A stretch of DNA of 64,000 bases from a virus (taxonomy: Duplodnaviria > Caudoviricetes): the IMG/VR virus record IMGVR_UViG_3300033061_001635, positions 1-64,000 of that record. One strand, given 5' to 3'. How positions within the stretch are numbered: position 1 is the stretch's first letter; the number at the start of each line of letters is the position of its first letter. A program made the position numbers and the translations under genes. Below are positions 19,350 to 28,869 of the stretch, one piece after another. The notes under the pieces were generated by a model. That model ran no database searches. It was not told the DNA's origin and saw nothing but the letters and a program-made list of their open reading frames with translations.

Positions 19350-20483
19350 ATGAAAAGAATAGAATTCGGCCATTTAGCTATTGGAGATATAGCCAAAAAG
19401 CATATTCAAGATTGTTTAGACACTAATTGGATCAGCATGGGTCCAAAAACAGAACTGCTAGAAGAAAAATTTGCTAAAATCATGGGCACAAAATATGCCA
19501 TAGCGACATCTAGTGGAACATCTTCTTTAGTTGCTATGACTTTAGCTTTGCCAGAAATATGTAAACGTAAAGTTATTAGAGGAAAAAGTAATGTTATTTG
19601 TCCAGCTTTGGGATTTATAGCTAACAGCACTGGAATAGTATCTGGGCGATTAAAACCTAAATGGGTAGATATAAAACCAGAAACTCTAAATATTAATGAA
19701 GAACTAGTAGAGGATGCAATTGATGAGGATACTGTAGCTATCTACCCCATAGGTACAATGGGCAGGCCATCAGAAATGGATAAACTACGAGATATTGCTG
19801 AAAAATATGATTTAATATTATTTGAAGATAGTTGTGAAAATTATGGAAGCAAATTTAAAGGTAAATTTAGTCATAGCTATGCGATAGGAGGATGTTCTTC
19901 TTTGTTTCAAGCTCATTTAGTTCAAGCTGGTGAGGGATCTTTAATATATACTGATGACGAAAAATTAAAAGATTTGATTACCAGCATAAGGTCTCATGGA
20001 AGAATTGGTAAAAGTGCTTATTTTGATCATATAAGATTCGGTAGCAATTTTAAAACTACTGATTTATGTGCAGCTATTGCTCTTGAAGGCGTGGATCAGT
20101 TTCATGAGAATATTAAGCAAAGAAAAAATATATGGTTAGAATTAGTAAATTTTTCCAAACAATACTCTGAATCTGCTTGGTTTAGTGATGAGCCAATTTA
20201 TATGGAGGTTATGCCACACGGATTCAGTATAACAGTTAAACCGACTTTCGACAAAAAGATAGAACAATTAACTACATTATTTGATAAGTACAATATACAT
20301 TGGAAAAGAAATTTTGGATTTTGTGGACATCATACAGGAATGAAAGAATTTATTGATAATAAAGCATCTTATGATTCTGCTATCTATTGTGGTAATAATG
20401 GTATCCATATAGGTACTCATAGATATATGATACCAGAAAATATTGAGCGTATTAAAACTGCTATGAAAGAATTTTTCCAATAA
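19350..20483 (+). CDS. DegT/DnrJ-fold PLP/PMP enzyme, His-type; probable NDP-4-keto-6-deoxysugar 3-dehydratase (ColD/RfbH-like)
   Basis: SSGTSS, EDSCE and SLFQAHLVQAGEG with His at the usual catalytic Lys position. Confidence 0.8.
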   Translation: MKRIEFGHLAIGDIAKKHIQDCLDTNWISMGPKTELLEEKFAKIMGTKYAIATSSGTSSLVAMTLALPEICKRKVIRGKSNVICPALGFIANSTGIVSGRLKPKWVDIKPETLNINEELVEDAIDEDTVAIYPIGTMGRPSEMDKLRDIAEKYDLILFEDSCENYGSKFKGKFSHSYAIGGCSSLFQAHLVQAGEGSLIYTDDEKLKDLITSIRSHGRIGKSAYFDHIRFGSNFKTTDLCAAIALEGVDQFHENIKQRKNIWLELVNFSKQYSESAWFSDEPIYMEVMPHGFSITVKPTFDKKIEQLTTLFDKYNIHWKRNFGFCGHHTGMKEFIDNKASYDSAIYCGNNGIHIGTHRYMIPENIERIKTAMKEFFQ

Positions 20484-20531
20484 ATAGACTAAAATCACTA
20501 CTTATATATATATCAAACGGAGTGTCTTATA

Positions 20532-21038
20532 ATGAATTTAATAGAAACAAATCAAGCAATATCTTTAATAAATCAACAAGATCGTGACTTATTATTAGCA
20601 TCAATTAATGATGCCAGTCAAATTATTCTTATTGGCAATGGCGGAAGTAATGCAACAGCATCTCATATTGCTGTAGATTATATAAAATTCTTAAACAAGA
20701 AATCTCTGGCTTTCTCAGACCCCACTATGCTTACTGCTTCTATGAATGACTATGGAGTAGAAAATGCTTATGCTAAATTTATAGACAGCTATAAAGATAA
20801 TAATACCCTTGTGATTCTAATATCTTCATCAGGAAATTCGTTAAACATATTTAATTCTGCAAAATATTGTTATGAAAATAATATTAAATTTATTTTGTTA
20901 ACAGGTTTTGATGCTGATAACAAAATTAGAAAAGAGTTTGGCCATCATGCAGTATTGGATTATTGGATAAATTCTAAAAGTTATGGAGTCGTTGAATGTG
21001 TACATCAAATATTTTTACATTCAATAATAGATAATTAA
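20532..21038 (+). CDS. gmhA: phosphoheptose isomerase (SIS domain)
   Basis: GNGGS..ASH, NDYG, ISSSGNS.N, VECVH. Confidence 0.85.
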   Translation: MNLIETNQAISLINQQDRDLLLASINDASQIILIGNGGSNATASHIAVDYIKFLNKKSLAFSDPTMLTASMNDYGVENAYAKFIDSYKDNNTLVILISSSGNSLNIFNSAKYCYENNIKFILLTGFDADNKIRKEFGHHAVLDYWINSKSYGVVECVHQIFLHSIIDN

Positions 21039-21039
21039 T

Positions 21040-22089
21040 ATGAATTTTTATGGAAGAAAACATCCTATATTCTCTACTCTTGTAGAGCAAAAAATAAAAA
21101 AAATTACCTATACTCCTATTAGACATCATCCTATTTATATAGAAAAAAATGAACTTGAAAATAATAGCAAATACTTTATACATGCAGATTTACCAATTAT
21201 TGACCCAGATGCTAACATAGAATATATTTTTAATTTTGAAGATCAATGCACATTATATCACTCTATAAATAATGGCAATACATTTAATATTGATTTTAAA
21301 AATCATCCAGAAACTATTAATATTAAAAATGCATTAGAAGATAGTAGATGTAAAAAAATTATCTGTCATATAAAAAAAATGGCCGAAGCATTGCCAAACC
21401 TAACAAATAGTGATATAATCGCTAAAAAAACAGTATATAAAAAAATAGGCATCAATACAAAAAATAATCTTTTATCTGTTGATAGATCTAATTTTACAAT
21501 TTTATTTACAAATTCATACCATGATGATCCAAATAATTTTTTCTTAAGAGGTGGACATTTTCTACTAGAAGCAGTAAAACTTCTAAATCAAAAATATGAT
21601 AATATTAAACTAATTATTAGATCTCAAATACCAGCCCAGATACCAGGAGATTTACTTTCAAATTATAATATTAAAGTATATAATATGAAAATGGAAGATG
21701 AAGATATTGATTTTTTATATAGACAGTCTGATGTTGTAGTATTACCATCAATAAGAGTACATAGCCATTCCTTATGCGAGGCACTATCATATGGTCTCCC
21801 AGTAATAACAACAAACGGCTGGGGAATAGAAGAATTTATACAGCATAGATATAATGGTTATATTATCAATGGATTTGAAAAACTATCTTGGCATGATAAC
21901 AATGTTGGATGTATCGAAAAATATATTAATTTATATGATCATCAAACAGTAACAGATACTATTAATCAATTATACTACTACTTAGAACATTTATTATTAA
22001 ATAAAAATGATTTATTGCTACTTAAAACAAATAGCATAAATTCTGCTAAAACATATACATTAGACAATTGGAACGAATGGACAATATAA
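21040..22089 (+). CDS. GT4-like (GT-B) glycosyltransferase
   Basis: RGG..LLEA, DVVVLPS, EALSYGLPVITT. Confidence 0.85.
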   Translation: MNFYGRKHPIFSTLVEQKIKKITYTPIRHHPIYIEKNELENNSKYFIHADLPIIDPDANIEYIFNFEDQCTLYHSINNGNTFNIDFKNHPETINIKNALEDSRCKKIICHIKKMAEALPNLTNSDIIAKKTVYKKIGINTKNNLLSVDRSNFTILFTNSYHDDPNNFFLRGGHFLLEAVKLLNQKYDNIKLIIRSQIPAQIPGDLLSNYNIKVYNMKMEDEDIDFLYRQSDVVVLPSIRVHSHSLCEALSYGLPVITTNGWGIEEFIQHRYNGYIINGFEKLSWHDNNVGCIEKYINLYDHQTVTDTINQLYYYLEHLLLNKNDLLLLKTNSINSAKTYTLDNWNEWTI

Positions 22090-22125
22090 AATAAAACCAA
22101 TAACACTAAAAAAGATTAAAACATT

Positions 22126-23076
22126 ATGAAAATATTAATTACTGGTGCCGCAGGATACATTGGCAGTTCGCTATGTCAACACATTGTTAAAACTTTACCA
22201 AATGTAAAAATAGCAGCTTTTGACAATTTATACTACAATCAATGGAAATATGTAAAATCTTATTTAGACCATCCACAAATAGATTTTTATAATGAAGACA
22301 TCCTTGATTGGTCAAATAACTTAATAAATAATATAAAAACTGCAGATTATATTGTTTGTTTAGCAGCAATAGTTGGTGCGCCAGCATGTGATAAAATTCC
22401 TGAATTATCAACTAGTATAAATTATACTTGGTATACACATTTATTGAAGCAAGTTACTGCACAACAAAAAATCTTATATCCAAATACTAATTCTGGGTAC
22501 GGAACAACTCCAGAAGGTAGCGTATGCACAGAAACAAGTCCCTCTAATCCTATATCATTATATGGTAAACTAAAACAAAATACTGAAATGCTATTATTAA
22601 AAGAATATAATAACGTTGTTTGTTTTAGACTGGCTACTGTTTTTGGTTTGTCTGGCCGACCAAGACTAGATTTATTGGTTAACAATTTTGTTTATAAAGT
22701 AAGCAAAACTAATAAACTAGATATTTATGATGGAAACTTTAGAAGAAATTTTATATCTGTTTATGATATATGTAGAGCTTTTGTATTTGGAATTAATAAT
22801 TTTGATCAAATGCGTGGACAAGTATATAATCTGGGTGCAGATTCATTAAATTCTACAAAGTTGGATTTTGCTAAACAAATTCAAAAGGTTATAGGTTGCG
22901 AAATAGTAGAACATAACGAAACGACAGATCCTGATAAAAGAGACTATCTTGTTAGTAGTCAAAAACTATATGATTTAGGCTTTAGTATCGAAGATACTAC
23001 TCTTGATCGTAATATAATAGAATTATATAATTTTTGTAAAGACTTAACAGACACGACTGGGATGTTTAACTACTAA
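22126..23076 (+). CDS. NAD-dependent sugar epimerase/dehydratase/reductase (extended SDR)
   Basis: ITGAAGYIG, LAAIVG, YGKLK (YxxxK). Confidence 0.9.
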   Translation: MKILITGAAGYIGSSLCQHIVKTLPNVKIAAFDNLYYNQWKYVKSYLDHPQIDFYNEDILDWSNNLINNIKTADYIVCLAAIVGAPACDKIPELSTSINYTWYTHLLKQVTAQQKILYPNTNSGYGTTPEGSVCTETSPSNPISLYGKLKQNTEMLLLKEYNNVVCFRLATVFGLSGRPRLDLLVNNFVYKVSKTNKLDIYDGNFRRNFISVYDICRAFVFGINNFDQMRGQVYNLGADSLNSTKLDFAKQIQKVIGCEIVEHNETTDPDKRDYLVSSQKLYDLGFSIEDTTLDRNIIELYNFCKDLTDTTGMFNY

Positions 23077-24041
23077 TGATAATTTCTAAAACTCCATATA
23101 GAATATCTTTATTCGGCGGGTCAACAGACTATGAATCATTTTATTCAAAACACGGATCATTGTTAGTAGGATTTGCTATTGATAAATATTCTTATATTAT
23201 GGTTAGAAATAATCCATATATATTTGATTATATATCTAAAATATCATATTCAAAAATAGAAACAGTTAGTAATAATAAGGATATACAACACAACGGAGTT
23301 CGTGGAGTATTAGAATATTTTAATTTATTAGACGAGAGATTAGAAATATCTTGCTTGAGCGACCTTCCAGCACAAACAGGAACAGGATCATCTTCAACAT
23401 TTATTGTTGGACTAATTAATGCTTTAAGATATAGATATAAATATTCTACCAAAGAATTAGCTAATTATGCAATCAAAATAGAAAGACAACATCTTAATGA
23501 GATCGGAGGTATACAAGATCAAATATGGGCGGCATATGGTGGTTTTAATTCCATTTCTATTGATACTTCTGGAGACTTTTCTGTTAGACCTTTGCCGATC
23601 TCTGAAAATTTTATTAATAAATTTATCGACCATTCTTTCTTAATATATACAGGCAATCAAAGGCAATCTTTTCAAATAGCAACAGCACACGACACAGGAA
23701 GTGACGATAAGAATAAAATAGATATTCTCAGATTGGCACATGATGGATATGATGCTTTTTGCAGAGAAAACATATCAGACATCGGTAGCCTGCTTAAAGA
23801 GTCATGGGAATCTAAAAAGAGGATATCGTCTTTGATATCAGTATCAAAAACAGACGAGCTTATGGACAGTTTGAGTCAATCAGGTATGATTGGAGGAAAA
23901 TTGATAGGGAGTGGAGGATCAGGATTCGTATTTGGAATTACAAAAAATAAAGAAGATAAATTACAAATTCAAAAAAACTTTTTTAATAATTTTATAGACT
24001 TAAATGTTTCTAAAACTGGATCTATTATTATAAATGAATAA
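23076..24041 (+). CDS. hddA: D-glycero-D-manno-heptose-7-phosphate kinase (GHMP family)
   Basis: TPYRISLFGGSTD, PAQTGTGSSS, GGIQDQ..AAYGG, GKLIGSGGSG. Confidence 0.85.
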   Translation: MIISKTPYRISLFGGSTDYESFYSKHGSLLVGFAIDKYSYIMVRNNPYIFDYISKISYSKIETVSNNKDIQHNGVRGVLEYFNLLDERLEISCLSDLPAQTGTGSSSTFIVGLINALRYRYKYSTKELANYAIKIERQHLNEIGGIQDQIWAAYGGFNSISIDTSGDFSVRPLPISENFINKFIDHSFLIYTGNQRQSFQIATAHDTGSDDKNKIDILRLAHDGYDAFCRENISDIGSLLKESWESKKRISSLISVSKTDELMDSLSQSGMIGGKLIGSGGSGFVFGITKNKEDKLQIQKNFFNNFIDLNVSKTGSIIINE

Positions 24042-24489
24042 AAAAAGAATAGGTATCGTCTCCGGATACTTCAATCCAATCCATATTGGGCACATCGAAT
24101 ATATAAATTCTGCAAAAGAGAAATGCGACTATTTAATTTGTATTGTAAATAATGACTACCAAGTACAATTAAAAAAATCCACTGAATTTATGGACGAAAA
24201 ACATAGGCTATCTATAGTAAGTAATCTTAAATCTGTAGACAAAGCAGTATTATCTATAGATACAGATTCATCTATTTCCTCTACTTTAGAGCTATTAACC
24301 AATGATATGAATCATAATAGTATAGAAATATTCTTTTTTAATAGTGGAGATAGATCTATTAATAATGAAAACTTACAAGAAAAACATATTTGTGATAAAA
24401 ATAATATTAACAGAGTTTTTATCCGTTTGCCAAAAATATTTTCTTCTTCTGAATTAAAACGGAATTTTTCCTCTAAGAATATCAAATAA
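24034..24489 (+). CDS. cytidylyltransferase-like (HIGH) nucleotidyltransferase
   Basis: SGYFNPIHIGH, VNND, SGDR, SSS. Confidence 0.85.
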   Translation: MNKKRIGIVSGYFNPIHIGHIEYINSAKEKCDYLICIVNNDYQVQLKKSTEFMDEKHRLSIVSNLKSVDKAVLSIDTDSSISSTLELLTNDMNHNSIEIFFFNSGDRSINNENLQEKHICDKNNINRVFIRLPKIFSSSELKRNFSSKNIK

Positions 24490-24750
24490 CATTACCCAAT
24501 CTGCACATTTTGCTAATACTGGGTTCTTAAATGCTGCTGGTTTATTTTTTTCAAAATAGAAATGTCCAGACCATGCAAATGGATACACTATGAAAGGAGT
24601 TAATGGTAATAGTAATAAAAACCATCCTCTAAAATATAAAACAGTACACACAAACGTAATAGTTAATAGCTGACCCAAAACGTGCAACCTTCTACAAGTT
24701 TTATTTTGATGTAAACTTAAATAATGTTGATAATATTCTTTAAAAGTCAT
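24454..24750 (-). CDS. DUF962/Mpo1-like membrane protein
   Basis: YLSLH...RRLH, AWSGHFYFEKNKPA; AGAGGT SD before ATG 24750. Confidence 0.85.
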   Translation of the reverse strand: MTFKEYYQHYLSLHQNKTCRRLHVLGQLLTITFVCTVLYFRGWFLLLLPLTPFIVYPFAWSGHFYFEKNKPAAFKNPVLAKCADWVMLFDILRGKIPF

Positions 24751-24752
24751 AA

Positions 24753-25100
24753 TTATACCTCTAAATTTTGAAATCCAGTATCTCTGTCTAGTGCTACAGC
24801 GCAACTAGTAATTGTTCCATTCGGCTTGGTGTCATTTATTAAGACTCTTGGGCCAGAAGGTAATCCCATAATTAATTCATCAAAGAAAAGACCAAAATTC
24901 AATAATTGATTTTCTGTTGCTTTTCTACAGCCCTGTGGTCTTGCGGTGGTTAATACTATATAGTATTCTTTTTCTCTCCACTCTAAAAATTTATCGATAA
25001 CACCAGGAAGTATCTCTGCTTTAATTAGCATCTTATTTAATGTTTTTTGATGTTTAAATATTGTACCGTCAATATCACAAAAAATTGTTTTTCTAGTCAT
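24753..25100 (-). CDS. small HAD-superfamily phosphatase
   Basis: FCDIDGT, TTAR, INDTK. Confidence 0.8.
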   Translation of the reverse strand: MTRKTIFCDIDGTIFKHQKTLNKMLIKAEILPGVIDKFLEWREKEYYIVLTTARPQGCRKATENQLLNFGLFFDELIMGLPSGPRVLINDTKPNGTITSCAVALDRDTGFQNLEV

Positions 25101-25135
25101 TTAAAAATTAATAGTTAATGTTTACAAATACCTGA

Positions 25136-25228
25136 TTATAGTAGTTTGGACTGCCAGAATAGCAAGATTCCTATACTCATGAATACGAATAAAAACCTCT
25201 TGCTAAACGCATGACTGACGAGTATAAT
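25136..25228. promoter_or_regulatory. divergent sigma70-like promoters: plus TTGCTA-17-TATAAT (25200-25228); minus TTGCTA-16-TACTAT
   Basis: The two -35 boxes form the inverted repeat TAGCAAGA (25160)...TCTTGCTA (25198) at a strand switch. Confidence 0.65.
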
Positions 25229-25273
25229 ACACATGATTGGTACGAAACTAAACAACAAAAATTTGGTGAAATC

Positions 25274-25411
25274 GTGGATCCCTTTTTAATAATTTGCTTT
25301 ATTGTTGCTATACTAGGTGGTATTGTATCTGGAATAAATAATCTATCTAATGATAGAACCACTCATCATTCTAAAAATATTTTTACTTTTTTCTTTTGTG
25401 ATAGATATTAA
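25274..25411 (+). CDS. small single-TM membrane protein
   Basis: GTG start after GGTGA; hydrophobic FLIICFIVAILGGIV. Confidence 0.5.
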   Translation: MDPFLIICFIVAILGGIVSGINNLSNDRTTHHSKNIFTFFFCDRY

Positions 25412-25941
25412 TGAATAGATTAAATAATCAGCGAGTTTATTTAGCTGGTGCTATGGATAGGGTAGCGGATAGAGGAAATGGTTGGAGAGACAATATAACA
25501 CCATTTCTTCAGTCTCTTAATATTATAGTTTTTAATCCTATAAAAAAACCCACAGCTATTGGTCAAGAAGATGAAGTAACACATAAGCATAAAATTAAAT
25601 TAAAAAATGCTGGAAAATACGATGAATTGTCTCAGCTAATGAAGACGATTAGATCTGTTGATCTTAGATTAGTAGACATAAGTGATTTCTTAATTGTAAA
25701 TCTCGATCTTGATATTCATCCTTGCGGAACATATGAAGAAATTTTTTGGGCAAACCGTCAAAAGAAACCTATCGTAATACATATGGTTCAGGGGAAAGAA
25801 AACGCTCCGGATTGGTTATTCGGTACTGTTCCTCATAAAATGATTTTTTCTTCTTGGGATGATATTAAGTCTTATCTTAGTGAGATTAATTCACAAAAAG
25901 AAATCAATACCTACAATAGATGGTATTTTTTTAATATATAG
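25411..25941 (+). CDS. nucleoside 2-deoxyribosyltransferase / nucleotide N-glycosidase-like protein
   Basis: VYLAGAM, FNP, DL..VD.SD, GTYEE, KPI. Confidence 0.8.
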   Translation: MNRLNNQRVYLAGAMDRVADRGNGWRDNITPFLQSLNIIVFNPIKKPTAIGQEDEVTHKHKIKLKNAGKYDELSQLMKTIRSVDLRLVDISDFLIVNLDLDIHPCGTYEEIFWANRQKKPIVIHMVQGKENAPDWLFGTVPHKMIFSSWDDIKSYLSEINSQKEINTYNRWYFFNI

Positions 25942-25942
25942 C

Positions 25943-26146
25943 ATGCCAAAATATTATGTAAAATCTGGTCAAATAAAATTTATAGTTGATTGCACCGACC
26001 ATATATGTGCGATCCTTGCTGCCTTAACTCACTATAAAGGTAAGGGTATAATAACTGGTCCAAAAATTTGTATTAGTGAACAAGGTTTTGAAGATTTTCG
26101 TCACTGGAAATGTTATGATACTGATAAATATTTAAAGGATGCTTGA
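25943..26146 (+). CDS. hypothetical protein
   Basis: MPKYYVKSG start directly after the upstream stop. Confidence 0.55.
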   Translation: MPKYYVKSGQIKFIVDCTDHICAILAALTHYKGKGIITGPKICISEQGFEDFRHWKCYDTDKYLKDA

Positions 26147-27270
26147 TGCAAAAAATTATTAATGAAATAAAACTAGATTTTGACGATGTTCTTATTCGCC
26201 CCAAAAGATCAACACTAAATAGTCGATCCGATGTGTGCATTCAAAGAGAATTCAAATTTAAATATTCTCCACGAAAATTATTAGCTGTTCCTATTATGGT
26301 TGCTAACATGGATACTGTTGGAACTTTTGCTATGGCGAAATCATTGATTAAGCAAAATGCAATAACCTGTTTACATAAACACTATAATTCAGTAGATTAT
26401 GTAGCATTTTACACTGATCATAGTATAGCTAATAAAAATCTTGTCTTTTATTCCATTGGTACTAGTGAGAAAGACATTAACAAAGCGATAGATGTATTTG
26501 ATCAAATCAAAACTCTTGGATTTGAAACTCCTAACATCTGTTTAGATGTTGCAAATGGATATACGCAACAGTTTGTTAAAATTGCTCGTAAAATAAGAAA
26601 TTTATATCCAGAATCAGTTATTATGGCTGGTAATGTTGTAACTCCAGAAATGACAGAAGAACTCATTATTCATGGTCAGGTTGATATAGTTAAGGTTGGT
26701 ATAGGTTCAGGCAGTGTATGTACCACACGTTTAAAAACCGGCGTAGGATACCCCCAATTGAGCGCCGTGATGGAATGTTCTGACGCTGCTCATGGTCTTG
26801 GAGGACATATCTGTTCTGATGGTGGATGCAAAGTAGTCGGAGATATTTGCAAAGCATTTGGTGGAAATGCTGATTTTGTTATGCTAGGCAGCATATTTGC
26901 TGGTACAGACGAGTGTGAGGGAGAATGGAAATATGAGTATTTGAACAACGATAATATATGGGAGAAATTGAAGCAGGATCAAAGCCCTATAGATTCTAGA
27001 AGGTTAAGAAAGTCCTACCTATCATTTTATGGAATGAGTAGTGAAAATGCTATGAATAAACACCATAATGGAGTAGCAAAATACAGAACAGCAGAAGGTA
27101 AATGTGTAACTGTTCCATACAAAGGAACGGCTGAAGAAATTATACAAGATATCTATGGTGGCTTAAGAAGTGCTAGTACATATATTGGAGCAAATAAAAT
27201 TAAAGATTTTGGTAAAAAAACAACATTTATACAAGTAAATAATACGCATAATAAGGTATATGAAAAATGA
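26146..27270 (+). CDS. guaC: GMP reductase
   Basis: LDFDDVLIRPKRSTLNSR, ANMD, DVANGY, KVGIGSGSVCTTR, YGMSS, EGK. Confidence 0.95.
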   Translation: MQKIINEIKLDFDDVLIRPKRSTLNSRSDVCIQREFKFKYSPRKLLAVPIMVANMDTVGTFAMAKSLIKQNAITCLHKHYNSVDYVAFYTDHSIANKNLVFYSIGTSEKDINKAIDVFDQIKTLGFETPNICLDVANGYTQQFVKIARKIRNLYPESVIMAGNVVTPEMTEELIIHGQVDIVKVGIGSGSVCTTRLKTGVGYPQLSAVMECSDAAHGLGGHICSDGGCKVVGDICKAFGGNADFVMLGSIFAGTDECEGEWKYEYLNNDNIWEKLKQDQSPIDSRRLRKSYLSFYGMSSENAMNKHHNGVAKYRTAEGKCVTVPYKGTAEEIIQDIYGGLRSASTYIGANKIKDFGKKTTFIQVNNTHNKVYEK

Positions 27271-28322
27271 AGATTAATTTTTGTTCGCCTATTAATAATA
27301 CTGGCTATGGCATAGCCTCATTGAATATTCTTAAAGAATTGCATAAAATAAGTGACGTAACATATTTACCCATAGGACAACCAGGACTGTCATCACAAGA
27401 AGATTATGATTTAGTATTTAAATTATTCAATAAAAAACCAACCTGTGATATTAATGCTCCATGTTTTAAAATTTGGCATCAGTTTGATCTGTTTGAGCAT
27501 TTTGGCAAAGGACAATATATAGCCTATCCTTTTTTTGAATTAGATACTTTTAATAGTTACGAAATTAAAAGCTTGAGTGTCCCTGATGCAATATGTGTGA
27601 GTAGCGAATGGGCCAAAAGTATTGTTGAAAAACATTTAGACACAAAATGTCATGTTGTGCCCTTGGGCGTGAATAGAGAAATTTTTCATGAAAATTATAA
27701 AAAAGAAAATAATGATAAATATATATTTTTAAATATTGGAAAATGGGAAGTTAGAAAAGGTCATGATATTTTATATAACTTATTCACACAAGCGTTTCCA
27801 AAAGAAAAAGATGTTGAATTATGGATTTTAGCATCAGAGAACACCAATAATTATTCTTCTGCTGATGAATTATCAAAATGGAAAGATATGTATTCTGGAG
27901 ATAGTCGAATAAAATTATTTTCTGGAGTAGAAAATCATCAAAACATAGCTGAACTAATATCTAATTGTGATTGCGGAATATACCCATCACGAGCAGAAGG
28001 CTGGAATTTAGAATTGCTAGAAACTATGAGTATGAACAAACCAGTTATAGCAACAAATTATTCGGCCCATACAGAATTTTGCAATAAAGAGAATTCTTAT
28101 CTTATTGATATAGAAGAAACAGAAAAAGCCTACGACGGTAAGGCTTTTATTGGTCAAGGAAATTGGGCAAAATTAGGTCAAAACCAAATTGATCAAATTA
28201 TAGAGCATATGAGATATGCTTATAATAATAAAATAAATACTAATCTTAATGGAATAAAAACGGCTAAAAAGTATTCTTGGGAGAATGCTGCTCAACAACT
28301 TGTGAGGTGTATTTCTAAGTAG
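27267..28322 (+). CDS. GT4 glycosyltransferase
   Basis: TGYG, RKGHD, PSRAEGWNLELLE. Confidence 0.9.
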   Translation: MKINFCSPINNTGYGIASLNILKELHKISDVTYLPIGQPGLSSQEDYDLVFKLFNKKPTCDINAPCFKIWHQFDLFEHFGKGQYIAYPFFELDTFNSYEIKSLSVPDAICVSSEWAKSIVEKHLDTKCHVVPLGVNREIFHENYKKENNDKYIFLNIGKWEVRKGHDILYNLFTQAFPKEKDVELWILASENTNNYSSADELSKWKDMYSGDSRIKLFSGVENHQNIAELISNCDCGIYPSRAEGWNLELLETMSMNKPVIATNYSAHTEFCNKENSYLIDIEETEKAYDGKAFIGQGNWAKLGQNQIDQIIEHMRYAYNNKINTNLNGIKTAKKYSWENAAQQLVRCISK

Positions 28323-28332
28323 GAGATATTAT

Positions 28333-28845
28333 ATGCCAATTCCATCAATAAATAAAGACGAAGATAAACAAAAATTCGTATCTCGTTGCATGGGTGACGA
28401 GACTATGAAAAAGGACTATCCCGACAGTAAGCAACGTGTTGCTATCTGCATAGGCCAAAGTAAAAAAAATAAATCATCATTAATAGAAGATGTTCATGAT
28501 GAACTATTAGCCAATAATTGCACATGGGATGATGAGTGGAATGAGTTTGTCTGGGAAGTAGAAGCAACAGAAATTTTTGATGAAGACGGAAAGGTTATTG
28601 CTGCTGAAAAAAATGGACGAAAAGTAACTTTAAACAAACCCTTTAGAACACCTGATGGACCTAAAAAGTTTAGTGTCTATGTAAAGAACGAGAGTGGTAA
28701 TGTTGTCAAGGTTAATTTTGGTGATCCAAATATGGAAATCAAAAAAGACATTCCAGCAAGACGCAAAAGTTTTAGAGCCAGAATGAGATGTGATAATCCC
28801 GGTCCCAAATATAAAGCTCGCTATTGGGCTTGTAAAGCCTGGTAA
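28333..28845 (+). CDS. conserved phage protein (DUF6321-like C-terminal domain)
   Basis: KVTLNKPFR...KKFSVYVKN...FGDP...RRKSFRAR..C...YWAC motif. Confidence 0.65.
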   Translation: MPIPSINKDEDKQKFVSRCMGDETMKKDYPDSKQRVAICIGQSKKNKSSLIEDVHDELLANNCTWDDEWNEFVWEVEATEIFDEDGKVIAAEKNGRKVTLNKPFRTPDGPKKFSVYVKNESGNVVKVNFGDPNMEIKKDIPARRKSFRARMRCDNPGPKYKARYWACKAW

Positions 28846-28869
28846 TTAATTATTTTAAAAGGAAACAAT

